From: Octopus sinensis
Lineage: Eukaryota
Direction of reading: 5' to 3'
NCBI RefSeq assembly: GCF_006345805.1
Contig: NC_043011.1
Location: 55,192,464 to 55,256,463 of the forward strand
DNA: 64,000 bases
Shown: piece by piece, positions 40,909 to 54,625 of the stretch
Position numbering within the stretch: position 1 is the stretch's first letter
Layout: every line of letters starts with the position of its first letter
Made by a program: the position numbers and the translations under genes
The notes under the pieces: generated by a model
What the model was told of the DNA's origin: nothing
What the model saw: only the letters and a program-made list of their open reading frames with translations
The model's database searches: none

Positions 40909-41113
40909 ACGGAGATGTACTTGCATAGCAAGTAACCTGATCTGAGATCGTGTGCTGGAACAAAAACAATTGCAGCATGGAAGGTGTTTATAAGCCATTT
41001 CAGAAACACACAAAAACCGTTAGATTCACTTCAACATTTAAATTTAATTTGTCAAAATATTTTCGTCGCTTTGAGACCGCGACCTGTTCACTGACAAAAC
41101 TTTGTGCTGCATC
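40909..41113 (-). mobile_element. Penelope-like solo pseudo-LTR with hammerhead motif and 10-bp TSD
   Basis: Same family as 35161-35495. Flanked by TCTAGTTATT at 40899-40908 and 41114-41123. Confidence 0.75.
41048..41098 (-). ncRNA. minimal type I hammerhead ribozyme motif, G3-C8 core variant
   Basis: Minus strand TTTGTCA-GTGAACA-G-GTCGC(ggtctcaaa)GCGAC-GAAA-ATAT-TT-TGACAAA, with perfect 7-bp stem I and 5-bp stem II. Confidence 0.7.
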
Positions 41114-41904
41114 TCTAGTTATTTAGTATTGTTATGTCAATAATTAATGCGTTATCGTCACTTGTGTCTCGGAGAATGTCACACTTACTGTGTGCTGTCT
41201 TGTTGTCCATCTATAGCGCTAAACTTTCATAACATTTTCACATTGTCATTTTCTAAGACAGAAGGAGGTTCATTTGAGTACTGGACAGCATTATACTTGC
41301 TGTAGTTGATATCTGGGGGTTAGACAAATACAGAGCAAATAAGGACTGACATAATAAGCTACAGGGATGTAAACAAACCAATACCAGTTGTCAAGTATTG
41401 GAATGGAAGCAAACACACATATGCATATGGCCAGCTTCTACATAGTTTCACCATCGTTTAATGTCCGCTTTCCGTGCTAGCATGGGTTGGACGGTTCGAC
41501 CAGGTCTGGGAAGCCAGGAGGCTGCACCAGGCTCCAGTCTGGTCTGGCAGTGCTTCTACAGCTGGATGCCCTTCCTAACGCCAACCACTCCATGAGTTTA
41601 GTGGGTGCTTTTTACGTGCCCACTACTCCTAAGATATTGGTCTGTCTGGGGCCATAGTAGAAGACTCTAACCCATGGTGACATGCAGTGGGACTGAACCC
41701 AAAGATACCTGGTCGCAAAGCAAGCTTCTTAACCACACAGCCATGCCTGTGGCTAAAAAATATGATTTTCTCTTACAATATATATTTTCACCTTCAGTTT
41801 AGTTTATCAATTGTTGTTCGAGCGTTAAGGATATAAAAACATTCTGTTGTTCTGTTTACTTGGTGACATTCCTATTTTTAACCCCCAACCCCAACCCATC
41901 CCCT

Positions 41905-41945
<41 letters not shown>

Positions 41946-43145
41946 ACATTCCATGGGAAAAATTTCAGCAACCTCTTTTCTTTCCTCCTTGTAAGGTGTT
42001 GCATTAGTTTAAATGTGTCAAAATTAAGTGTAGACTTCCTTTTAGGGAAATGGTTCTAATATCAGAAAATTTCATACACAAACTGAGATAGCAACACACA
42101 CTGAGATAGCAACACAAATCGAGATAGCAACACAAATATATACATCTGTTAATGCCATATATTTTAAATTTATCGAGTCTGACAAAAGGGTTTTGAAATT
42201 TTTACTTGAGTATTTTGAAAAATTGTTACTTTTGACAAGTTTTGATTTTCAAATCTGATCCTAAACATTTCAAGTTTTATTTTTTTCAGTAAAATAGTCT
42301 GCAGGGAATGATTAAGAATAAAGTGACCCTGTTTAACAAAAGTCTGGGACAGACATATAAGAATGGTTATGCTTGTATTTTAATCAACATGTATTTTAAT
42401 AGGATACAACACTAGAAATACCAAAGCACACATTTCCTTCTTTTTAAAAAATTTGCTCTTTTTTTGCTTGAATGTACTTTATTCTGGATGGACTTATTCT
42501 GAATTTGTTTACAAAAACTGGTAAACAATAAATTCTTCTGCCATTTCGAGAAGAAATATTTTTATGGCTGATAAATTCTCAATATTCAAAATAAATCTTT
42601 CAACAAGGCATGGCATCAGTTTTGTATGAAGAGTGTGGAAAACATTATTTGGATTGAGTTGTTAAGAAATGAGTGTCAACCTTTGGAAGTACAGTAACAA
42701 TTTGAGGTATGTTTCAACATTATTAAACCTCATCAGTAAAACACAGTCAAACCATTCTTAAGAAATTAATTCTTCATATATTGTTTAATGAATGATAAGT
42801 GTATTAATTAACTGTTGTGTATTGACTATAATTATTAATTACTGTGAATTCTAATAATGATCCTCACTCTGGTGTTAATGAATGGGCAGCAATTAGTGGA
42901 ATTATGTTAAATGGTAAGTTTAGAGATATGTGTACACATACTTTATTATATGTCAGAAGTGAAGCTATTAACTTTTCAAGAGTTTGTATTTAGCTGACTG
43001 GAACCTGAAGACAATGCTGATGTGAATATATTGTTTTTAAATAATAATTAGTTAAATAATGGAAAAAAAAAAAAAAATTAGTCACCCAAATCAAGTACTA
43101 GTAGCTTTGGTTTGAAATGTACTGAAATCTTGCTGTTTTGGATTT

Positions 43146-43572
43146 CATCATCATCATCGTTTAACGTCCGCTTTCCATGCTAACATGGGTTGGACGGTTC
43201 AACCAGGGTCTGGGAAGCCAGGAGGCTGCACCAGGCCCAGTCTGATCTGGCAGTGTTTCTACAGCTGGATGCCCTTCCTAACGCCAACCACTCCATGAGT
43301 GTAGTGAGTGCTTTTTACGTGCCAGGCAAGGCTGGCAACAGCCATGATCGGTTGGTGCTTTTTACGTGCCACTGGCACGGAGGTCAGTCGGGGCGGCACT
43401 GGCAACGGCCACGTTCGAATGGCCACTACAATTTCCATTGATTTTTGAGCGATTTCGAATCCGATTTCACTTGCCTCAACAGGTCTTCGCAAGCAGAGTT
43501 TTGTGTCCCAAGAAGGAAAGGTATGCATAAGTGGGCTGGCTACATCCCAGGTAGAGGCCACTGGTTATGGCC
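43146..43572 (-). mobile_element. family A SINE-like/RTE 3' repeat
   Basis: (CAT)n tail and conserved core, same subfamily as 1220-1790 and 56110-56450. Confidence 0.8.
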
Positions 43573-44316
43573 TAGTTCTTTAAAAAGTCACCAATCCTGA
43601 TTTTTGTACTAATAAGCATTTTGTTGCCCATTTTCCACAAACTATAAGGACACAAAGTCAGTCACTATGTGATTGCTCAAGCTGCTTGAAATAACAGCCA
43701 AATCTCTCTAAAGAATCATCTTGTTGTCTTACAATATAAAAAGGAAATATTTGATAATATGGTTGTAGATATTTATTAAAAAAATACCTTGCTGGATGCC
43801 TTTCATCATAATTCTGTTCCATCAATGAGCTAAACAATAACAACTGAAACATCCACGGCAACAAATACTTATTTGTGGAAAATATAAAATTAAGCATTCC
43901 TACTGCATGGAGTTTAAATCAAAAAACAGGTTTTATAAATCAATGGACTCATTGAATTAATCCCAGAGATAATCTTTGAATTTAATCTTTAATCTAGTGA
44001 ATCCCGTCTGTCCTTCTTCATAACCATCAAATTTATTAAATGTGAAGGGTACATTTTATTAATATTTTACAATAAATTGAACATTTTGATTTTATTAGAA
44101 ACATTATTATTGAGATCCAGGTTTGGTATAAACTTTATGTGTCAGGTAGAGTTAGTATTATGCAAATTAGCTGCCTTATTGTATTATGCAAATTAGTTGA
44201 AATGCAATGTAAATAAACTAGCTTGTTGTGTATTAATGCTTACGTGTGAGTTTGTGTATTAGCACCGGGAATTAATATAGTGTTGTAATTTAACGTTATT
44301 ATACAATTGATTAATA

Positions 44317-45323
44317 ATGGGAAAGCAACGTAGCCTCAGTCCAGTTACGAGAACAAAAGTCGTATTACTCCACCAGCAAAAAGTTACCTTTTCGAACCTC
44401 AGCCAGCAACTAAAGTGCAGGAAAACGGCTTGCGTGCAAGCGTGGAAGTTATACTCGGAGGCTGGTCAATATAAAGATCAGCAAAGGACTGGCACCCCAA
44501 GAAAAACGACGGTGCAGTTGGACCGTCGAATCCACCAACTTTCAGAAGGCAACCGAATGCTGACAGCCATTGACATTTGTAAACAATTGTCCAACGAGAA
44601 TAGTGTTATTTTTACACCACAAACCGTCTGCAACCATTTGAGAGAATTTGAACTACATGGACGAATCACTGGGAAAAAGCCAATAATATCCAAGAAATCG
44701 ACTCAAACACCTTAATTCTGCAAAAAGCCATGCTCAATGGACTGTCAAAGATTAGTGCAGGGTCCTTTGGAGTGACGAGTCACGCTTCTGTATATTTGGA
44801 TCAGATAATAAAACATACGTCAGACGTCACCCAACCAAGGAATTCCATTCGAAATGCGTGAAAAAGACGACACAAGTGGGGGGGGGGGGTATTTAGTAGC
44901 TTTGGTGTTGGCCTTCTAGTTAAAGTTGACGGAAAGCTAAATAGTGTAGGTTTTATGAATCTACTAAAGGATAATGTTGTGCCATATTTGACTCACCAAA
45001 TGCCTCCAGGGGCTATTTATCAGCAGGACAATAGTCCTGTGCACAAAGCCAAAAAGGTTATGGAATTTTTTGATCAACATAATATTGACATAATCGAATG
45101 GCCTCCCCAGATCCCGGGCCGGAATCCGATCGAGAACTTGTGGAATTGTGTTTCCAAAAAAGTCCATGCTAAAAAAAAACCATCTAATCTAAAACAATTA
45201 TTCGATTATATCAATGAAATATGGCAAAACATTCCCATAGAATTTTGTAATCATTCAGCGAATTCAATGCTGAGGCATTGTTCACTAGTTATTAAGAATG
45301 AAGACTACAACACAAAGTACTAA
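44317..45323 (+). pseudogene. Tc1-family (DD34E) transposase pseudogene
   Basis: HTH/RTGTPRKTT region in 44317-44715, then VLWSDESRF, YQQDNSPVH and EWPPQIPGRNPIENLW motifs. Broken by frameshifts and a stop. A right TIR-like end GGTCTTAAATTTATTCTTGCCAGTG|TA lies at about 45587-45613. Confidence 0.9.
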
Positions 45324-46652
45324 TATGTATTTAATTCTTGTTGCTCATTTTTGCCACAATCTTAAGCTTTAAATAAAATTATAATGATACAGTCTTAAAC
45401 TAATTTTGCCGGTAAATTTGAAACGTTTATATTAATTTAGCATTAGAATTCTTCAAGTTGTATAAAAATAGTCATTGTCTGCATCATTCAAAAGACAAAT
45501 AAATTCTGCATAAAGTGTAAAAGGTAGGAATAATTTGTATGGTGTTAGTAACAAAATATTTTGTAAGAAATAGAACTTTTATCATCGGTCTTAAATTTAT
45601 TCTTGCCAGTGTAGCAGATTGAGCCACCATGCAGAGGTTTTTCCACTGCTTGTGTATCATAGTATATATATGCTTTATGGTAGAGTGGTGTGACGTAGTG
45701 TTGATATCTTATTGTTTAGCCCTAGGCAGGATCATCATCGGGGGTTCCATGTTCCAAGCTAGCTCTACAATATGTGCCACCTTTTCCCAGTCCTGCAATA
45801 TGCACCACCAACTTTCAATTCTACAATGAGAGCCTCCTTCTCCAGCATCTTCCCACATCTTCCAGTCATCCATTACCCTCGTTACACTAATTGGAAAATT
45901 CAGTCAAAACATTTTAGTTCTCCCCAAACAAAAGATCTGGTTTCAAGACCACACATCATCACTGAATAAATTTATTTCTGAGCCAAATTTGCAATATTTC
46001 ATGACCAAGCCCTTACACCATACAGGCTGCTCATCATCTACCTATGTCCCCTATCTTTCATACTTCCTCACCTGTTCTCTTAATTACTATGTCCTTGTGT
46101 TTTTAACTTTATTGTGTCTCCTTGAATTCGATGTTCCAGGGGCTTGCTTGTTTGTGCAGTGTTGGCCCTGGCCCTAGATCAATTCTGACGGAGCAGATCT
46201 CTGTTAAAAACAAGGTAGCCATGAGCATCCCATCTTACTTAAATCGTGCATCAAGAACATTACTTTCCAATGTATCCATTTTATAATATTTTTGGGTGAG
46301 ATTTGAGGGATTTAGGCGAAATTTCGTTTGTTTACAACCCCACATCTCAGTGATTTGGCTAAAGAGGCCAGTAAAAATTAGTACTGGGGTCAATTTGTTT
46401 GACTAACTTTACAAGGCTGTGCTCCAGCATGGCCACAGTCAATGACTGAAACCAGTGAAAAAGTAACCCCTTCACCCTATCGACACCATTTATCTGGATG
46501 AAGAAATTCTTCTGTTTATTGTTGTTATCGTTGTTGTAGTAGGCTGTAGCTGCATCAATATTATCGGTTTGACTACAGCTGTTTGGTGCCAATAGCATGG
46601 CTACTGCAGTTAAAAATTCAGCAAAACCTAAACAGCATTACTAGTGACAGGA

Positions 46653-46720
46653 GTTCTAGAACGTTCCAGCAGAAGCAAACAACTCTTTCATTGATTTCCA
46701 TTTCCAGAGATTTCTAGAAA
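46653..46720. promoter_or_regulatory. candidate heat-shock element cluster
   Basis: gTTCtaGAAcgTTCc (46653-46667, perfect 3-unit HSE) and tTTCcaGAGatTTCtaGAAa (46701-46720, four units in register, one mismatch). Confidence 0.5.
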
Positions 46721-47099
46721 TGTTTGATTTCCCAAAAGGCAAAAAAAAAAGAAAAAAAAAAAGAAAAGTCGGCCATCGCTTTATGGAGAAGAACTGAAAT
46801 TGCTGTGTGGATTTCTCTAGTTCTATGTGGTTGTTGCTGTTTTTGCCGTTCATGAATTTGCCATGTGTGTGTGTGCACATACACACACACACACATAAAT
46901 ATTTTTATGTTGCGTTACAATAGAAAGGATTTTATATAAAACCTGAAGAATGACCCAATAATTTTTGTAGAAAAGATATTTATTATTTTTTAAGAAGAAT
47001 TGCACTGACAGTGACTTCGCAGTTTTAGCCTGCTTAGTCTTCATCAGAATATTAACGCTCTTCTTATTAAAGAATGATACACATATATATAGATATACA

Positions 47100-47560
47100 T
47101 ACATGCCAGTGGCACATAAAAGGGCACCATTCGAGTGTGATAGTTACCAGCATCGCCTTACTGGCACTTGTGCCCGTGCTAATAGGGTGCCAAGAGCACC
47201 ATCCGAGCATGATCGTTGCCAGAGCAGCCAACTGGCTTCCTGCCAGTGGCACGTAAAAGACTCCATTCGAGCGTGATCGTTACCAACAACACCTTACTGG
47301 CACCTGTGCCGGTGGCATGTGTAAAAAGATTCGAGTGAGGTCATTACCAGTACCACCTGACCGGCCCCGTGCTGATGGCATGTAAAAAGCACCCTCTACA
47401 CTCTCAGAGTGGTTGGCATTAGGAAGGGCATCCAGCAGTAGAAACTCTGCCAGATCAAGACTGGAGCCTGCTGCAGCCGTCTGGTTCACCAGCCCTCAGT
47501 CAAAATTGTCTAACCCATGCTAGCATGGAAGGCGGATGTTAAACGATGATGATAATGATG
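47100..47560 (+). mobile_element. family A SINE-like repeat, long form
   Basis: Repeated modules plus core and (GAT)n tail. Confidence 0.8.
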
Positions 47561-48274
47561 ACATGCATACACACACACATACATACATATGTGTATATGT
47601 GTGTGTATTTCATGTGTGTATTTTGTGTGTGTGTGTGTGTACAGATACACAGTGTGAGAGAGAAAGAAAGAGAGAAACACACACACACACACACACAAAG
47701 CCCAATAAATTGACAAATTACAGTATAGCACTGAACAAATATGGAAGCAAGGAGGTGATGGTGCAGTCAACTGCTTTGATCTTTTCAATCTAATCAGCCA
47801 TCAAAATTCACCATTCATCTAAAACTGAGACATTTTGTTTGTTTCTTTCTTTTGACTGTTAATATTTGAACCCTGAATAAGGCAGCAAGCTGGTAGAATT
47901 GTTTGTTACCTTGCTTGACAAAATATTCAGCAGAATTTCTTTCCACTTTATGTTCAGAGTTCAAAGTTTGCCAGGGTCGACTTTGTCTTTCATATCTTTG
48001 GGGTTGATAAAGTATATAGCAATTGAACACTGGATTGATGTAACCAACTGAACCCCCTCCCCCAAAAACTATTAACCTTCTGCTAAAATTTCAAACCATT
48101 ATTTTACCTCTACAAGGAAACATCATGTCATGCTAAATACAAATTCTTTGGAATCGCACTGGTCGTTCCTAATTTGGTCAAAGAGGTGAAAGCAAGGCTG
48201 CAAATCCTTGTTGTTATAATATGAGATGATCCAGAACCCCCTGTTAGCTTACAAGCTACAACAGAGATAAATCT

Positions 48275-48369
48275 ACATTATTTACATTATTTACATTTGA
48301 CGGATATTTGTCCTCATCTTGTTTGTTGTTAGTATGTTTCGGCAGATATACCCTCCAGCCTTCATCAGG
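48275..48369 (-). mobile_element. Penelope-like remnant with hammerhead core
   Basis: Minus strand CTGATGA-A-GGCTG(gagggtatat)CTGCC-GAAA, followed by a (AATGTAAAT)n-like end. Stem I is disrupted at the junction with a family A repeat. Confidence 0.55.
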
Positions 48370-48554
48370 AGTGGTTGGCATTAGGAAGGGCATTCAGCAG
48401 TAGAAACCTTGCCAGATCAGATTGGATCCTGGTGTAGCCTAGTGGCTTGCCAGTCCCCAGTCAAACCATCCAACCCATGCCAGCATAGAAAACAGACGTC
48501 AAATGATGATGATGATATATATATATATATGTTTTTGTTTTTACTGTTTTTTTT

Positions 48555-48935
48555 CTTGTTTCAGTCATTTGACTGCGGCCATGCTGGAGCACCGCTTTTA
48601 ATCGAGCAAATCGACCCTTGGACTTATTCTTTGTAAGCCCAGTACTTATTCTATCGGTCTCTTTTGCCGAACCGCTAAGTGACAGGGACGTAAACACACC
48701 AGCATTGGTTGTCAAGCAATGCTAGGGGGACAAACACAGGCACACAAACACATATATATATATATATACATATATACGACGGGCTTCTTTCAGTTTCCGT
48801 CTACCAAATCCACTCACAAGGCTTTGGTCGGCCCGAGGCTATAGCAGAAGACACTTGCCTAAGGTGCCACGCAGTGGGACTGAACCCGGAACCATGTGGT
48901 TGGAAAGCAAGCTTCTTACCACACAGCCATGCCTG
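48555..48935 (-). mobile_element. full-length family B tRNA-derived SINE
   Basis: Reverse complement of the 5768 family, including the GGTTCCGGGTTCAGTCCC B-box. Confidence 0.85.
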
Positions 48936-50019
48936 TATATAAACATATATATAAACATATATACAGAGGTGGGCACCGTTAATGGAAATGTTAAATTCGT
49001 TAATTGTTAATTCTTTGAAAATGTGATGGAAGTTTATGTTAATCTGTTAACATTAGCTTTTATTGAAAAATGACATAACTTCCAGAAAAATGGATACTTT
49101 TTAACAAAACTTTCACCAAATAATCGCTTATTTCCTATAAATTGAGTGTATATAAATATTTGTTGAAAAAAATTTTCCGAGGGGTTGAGGAGAAGAGTTT
49201 CAGAAAATTCACAGGACCCAACATTTTCCCCCTCATAACTTTCTGGAAAATAGGTATTTTTTATTGAAATTTTATACAAATACTTTTCAAACGGTGTAGA
49301 TTATGATTACAAAGAAATTTGTAGGCAAAATTTTTGGAAATGGGTGGTGAGGAGGAGTTTCTGGAATACAGAGTTTCGGATCAGATGTCCCACATAAGTT
49401 GGAATTTCTGTTTTGACTGGAATTCTTTCAATGATATTCAGTGAAGTCTTCAGAATGATGGGAGGTTATTTTTCATGAAAAAAAGAAAAAAAATTTGCTA
49501 ATTTTCATTTATTTCACTCTCACCACACCAGTCCAAAATGATTTTGACCATTTTTTTTTCACTACACACTTAAGACCCAAGAGAGAAACACTTTCGGTTT
49601 ACAAAAGAATTGTTAGTAATTTCAGAGGAGAGTGTGTGATTTAAGAGAGATCTAGCTGTTGTTTCACTCCTTGTTTCTTTCTCACACACACATCTATTGA
49701 TATTTTTCAATATTTTTCATTGCAGGTGCCTCAATCTGAAAAGGCTACCAGCAGCACAGCACTGGATGTAACTGCTTTCTTCATCATTAGGGTCCTCAGT
49801 GGCTTGAGGACATATTTGGTAATTTAATCAAACAACTCTAATCTAGCAAAAACTGGGTTTATTCTAATAAAAGTTTCTGCTCATGTTCTGTGTAAGCTTT
49901 CTCATAAGATCGTTCTATGAATCTGCTTTTAGCTTTGATGACTACACACACATGTGCATTCACACATGCATGTATGCATGCATACATACATGTGCACACA
50001 TGTACACGCACACATGTAT

Positions 50020-50051
<32 letters not shown>

Positions 50052-50983
50052 ATGTACATCATCATCTTCATTTAATGTTCATGGGTTGGATGGTTTGAAT
50101 GGAGCTGGCAAACAAGAGGACTGCACCAAGCGCTACTAGTGATTTGATATGGTATCTACTGCAGGATGCCCTTCCTAATGCCAACCACATTACAGAGTGT
50201 ACTGGGTGCTGTTTTATATGTGGCACCAACACCAACGGGGTCGCCAAGTAAATGGCAAGACAAAAAAATCCTCAACTGGGAGTGAAGAGTAGTATTGAAG
50301 GCGGAGGGGGGACACTGTGCCAATTGATGAGGGGTTAAACTATGAAAGAGGGAGAGTTGTCTTCCTGTAGAGAAGATACAGGGTTACCCCAATAGGAGAG
50401 AGAGAGAGAGAAGATATTGATGAAGATGTGCCAGGGTATAAGCTCAAGGTACAAAGAATGGAAGGAGAATAGTAGAGAGGATTGGAGAGGGTGGGTGAGC
50501 AGGGAGTTCAAAAGGATGCGAAGGGAGAGAGAAGAAGGGGAAGGCAGGTGAGTGGTGGACACAGGTTTATAGAGGAGCAGAAGAAGAGCAATAGAAGAGT
50601 TTGAGTTTAGTAGGGGGTGAGGATAGGAGGGAGAGTGAGAGATGACGAGGTGGTATTGGGCTGCAGGAGCTGGGGTGGGGAGAGATAAGTGTAGTGCTGG
50701 AAGAAGAGATGTAATTTGGTTCATTGGTGTGTGTTTGTGCGTGTGTGTGTGTGTCCCCTACCAGTGTGTGTTACAACTTAGCAGCTCAGCAAAAGAGACT
50801 GATCCAATAAGTACTAAGCTTAAGAAAAATTAGTGCTAGGGTAGATTTGTTCAACTAAAACTCTTCAAGGTAGTGCTCCAGCATGGCCACAGTTTAATGA
50901 CTGAAACAAGTCAAAGATAAAAGAAAATGCATACACACACACATACATACACACATACACACATACATACATACATACATACA

Positions 50984-51019
<36 letters not shown>

Positions 51020-51021
51020 TA

Positions 51022-51087
<66 letters not shown>

Positions 51088-51357
51088 GTTTATCACCACC
51101 TAAACAAGGGTGTTCTATAACAACAGATGATACTGCTATTTTAACCCCAGGAGGACACTTCCTACAGCTGGTTATTTAGTGTACATCACACTTGATATAT
51201 GTTCCAATTGAGGAGAGAACTCCCTGCTATCCTAGCTTGTGTGTGTGTATCTGTGTGCATGTGTATGTGTGTGCATGTGTATGTGTGTAGGTGTTGGGTA
51301 TATATGTATATATATGTATGTATATATATGTATATATATGTGTATATATATATATAT

Positions 51358-51455
<98 letters not shown>

Positions 51456-51882
51456 ATATACACACACACATATATATGTGTGTGTGTGTGCATAGACACA
51501 TACACAGCCGCAATCACCCACCCACATATATTCACACATACACATACTTACTTGTAGGCATTTATACAATAAGAAAAAAAAATCTCCATTCCTTTTCTAA
51601 TAGAAAGACCAGGTGTTGTTTTTCCATTTCAAACAACAAATGCATTTTTCCTGTGCAAAGTCTCCTGTAGAACTCTCAAAAGAAATGCAATGCTTATCTG
51701 CCAGAAGCAAGTGAAATGAAATTCATAAGAGACAAGACTCTGACCTTTCAGATAAGATATATTGTTTTAATTGTATTGCTGGATATCTTGATCCGATTCA
51801 GGTTTCTAGTGTTTGAAGGGAAAGAGAAGCACTTTCCTGCCTTCAATTTATTGTTCTTAAACTGTTCTGTAATTCTTGAACT

Positions 51883-51955
<73 letters not shown>

Positions 51956-52042
51956 AGAGTTTATGAAAAAAAACAAAAGACGAAGACAGGTGGTGTACAA
52001 AACAAACAGATGTATTAGTATAACGCTCAGGAATAGAAAAAG

Positions 52043-52080
52043 TCTTTTACGTTTCGAGCCTACGCTCTTCTACAGAAAGA
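52043..52080 (-). ncRNA. minimal hammerhead motif, A6U core variant (PLE-like repeat about 51952-52155)
   Basis: TCTTT-CTGTAGA-A-GAGC(gtag)GCTC-GAAA-CG-TA-AAAGA. A second copy at 57535-57572 has CTGTCGA. Confidence 0.55.
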
Positions 52081-52303
52081 TACACAAAAAAAAACAAGGA
52101 GAGAAACTAGGAGAGAAAAAAAAATGTGTGTAGTGGCTAACGATTTATCATGGTGACAACATACATACATCTACAAGGCATGTATATATATATATATATA
52201 TAATTAATCAAAAAAACAAAGGAAAAAGACAAGGAAAAACAACAATGCAAGGGCGTAGTACATGCAAAGTATCAATAACACGTTGAGGGAAGGAAAGAAA
52301 GGG

Positions 52304-52340
52304 TGTTTTACATTTCGAGCAAAGCTCTTCTTCAGAAACA
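52304..52340 (-). ncRNA. minimal hammerhead motif, canonical core (PLE-like repeat about 52205-52385)
   Basis: TGTTT-CTGAAGA-A-GAGC(ttt)GCTC-GAAA-TG-TA-AAACA. Confidence 0.65.
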
Positions 52341-52408
52341 GGAGATAGAGGAAAGTCCAAAAGAAAAGGCAGAGAGAGAAAAAAAAAATATACATATATA
52401 TATATACA

Positions 52409-52615
52409 CGAGGGGTGCTGAAAAATTTCCTGGCTTTGGGTAAAAGGAAATACAGGAGAATCAGTTAATTATGATTTTATTCAACATATTCCCTTCTTAG
52501 ATTCACACACATATTGCAGGCGTTCAGTTTTACTAAGCCCTGTAAAGGAACTCAGAAAGTCCAACCAGGCCCTTCATCAAACTCTTAAAGCCAGGAACTT
52601 TTTAGCATCCTTTCA
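52409..52615. mobile_element. mariner-type MITE
   Basis: CGAGGGGTGCTGAAAAATTTCCTGGCTTT ... AAAGCCAGGAACTTTTTAGCATCCTTTCA imperfect TIRs in a TA-rich context. Confidence 0.65.
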
Positions 52616-54517
52616 TATATATACCTTATATGAGTGCCATGTAAAAAGCACTTGTGTCATGAACTGGTGCCACATAAAAGCATCCAACACACTGTAATGG
52701 TGTTAGGAAGGACATCCAGCCATGGAAACCGTGCAAAATTAAACTGGAGCCTGGTGCAGCTCCCCTGCTTGCCAGTTCTGGTCAAACTGTCCAACCCATG
52801 CCAGCATGGAAAATGGATGTTAAATGATGATAATGATGATGATAGTTCTACGGTTAAGGTTTGGGGCTCAGTGTGTGTGTGTCTTTGTGTCTGTCCCTCA
52901 CCCCTTGACATCTGGTGTTGGTTTGTTTAAACCAATAGAATAAATACCAGATTTAAAAGTACATACTGGGGTCAATTTGTTTGGCTAAAACCTCTCAGTG
53001 TAGTGCTCCAGCATGGTTGCAGTCCGACAACTGAAACAAGTAAAAGAGGCAAACGATATACTGGGCATCCAAAAGTTAGAATTAATTGACCCTGGATCTC
53101 CACATCTAAGTGCAGGCCTGGGTAAAATTTTTGGAGGAAGACTGGTAGTTGGCCATGCATGAATGTCTCGCCTTCACCATACCACTGATGTTTGTGCAAA
53201 GGAAAGGTTTCAGACTTAAACCAATACATCTTGGCACCTCTTGATGTTTTTTGCAAACAACTTGCACATGCAAGTGCTACCAGTCAAAAACTCCACATAC
53301 CAGAAGCTAGCAAGTGTATGGGGTCATCAGGAGAGAATGCGCGCCGTTTCGGGGCCTACCTCTTGACGACATCACTGATATGAGGCCTCACCTGCTAGAT
53401 CAGCTGGTTATCAAATAAAGCTCAATATTCTTCTAGCCATCACTCATCGTCTCTTTTTAACCAAATCCAATGGCTAGCCTTCTCCACTGTAGTTTGGATG
53501 TAGGTCATGGTGGTATTCACTTTATCACAGGTTCATTACAGGTGTCACCATCAAAATGCCAAGAATCAAAGCAGACGCGATCTCACTTGATCCTTTAACA
53601 GTTCTGCTAATCCATTAACCCTGGATTTGAACTCAGAGTCCAGAAAACTGGGACAAATATACCAGACATTCCATTCAATGTTCCCATGACTGAAAATTCA
53701 TTGCCTTCCAAATGAAATAGAAAATGGAGAAGTTGAAAGTCTGGATCTTGGAAAGTTGTAATTAGACAAGGGATATATTAAACAATAAGAGTTTCTTTAT
53801 TGATAACAATAATTAATTTTAAAAATTAATACATTCGTCTACTCTGTCTCATTAAAATGTATGTCATTGTAACGAATAATTATTATAATTAGGAGACATT
53901 GTTACATTACAGACAAGCTAATTACTATACAATGAAGAAGCCTTTACTAAGTTGGTTGATTTGCCAGAAACAGTTGTCAAATCTCTTTCAAATCACAACT
54001 TACTGGTTTTGTTTTTGTTTTTGTTTTTTCTTCTGTTCTAAGCTCAGAATAGATTTATAGAGTCCAAAGTACACAATAACTGGAAAAAAACAAAAAAACA
54101 AAATCAAATACAGACAGGATGGTCACTGCTGATGTGTCTTTAATGATAAGTCTGATTGATCAGGACTGACTTGATTTACTAAAGGATAATTACAAAAGAA
54201 ACAGTCTTTATTCATTTGTTTAATAAATATTGGCAGAAAATAGGAAACGACAGACTCTGCTTTTCACACACACGCATGCACGCACACACACATGCGCACA
54301 CAAACACACGCACACACACACACATCAAAAACGGTTGAAGCTTTTGTTTCAATGTTTTTTCTGTTGAAAGAAATTGTTTTGCTTTACTTAATTCTTCAAA
54401 AACCATGAAGATTTTAGCAAGAATGAATTTGCCATTTTTAAGCTGGTGTTTGAAAAATGAATTAAAATGAAATCTTAACAGAAAGTTTTAACGAACATAA
54501 ATTGGTGTCATGAAAGC

Positions 54518-54625
54518 AGGGTTACAGTCAATCCCATGATATTAAAAAGGGTAACAGTCAATCCCATGATATTAAAAAGGGATACAGTCAATCCCATGAT
54601 ATTAAAAAGGGTTACAGACAATCCC
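54518..54625. repeat. 30-bp tandem repeat (about 3.5 copies)
   Basis: GGGT(T/A)ACAGTCAATCCCATGATATTAAAAA repeated head to tail. Confidence 0.9.
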
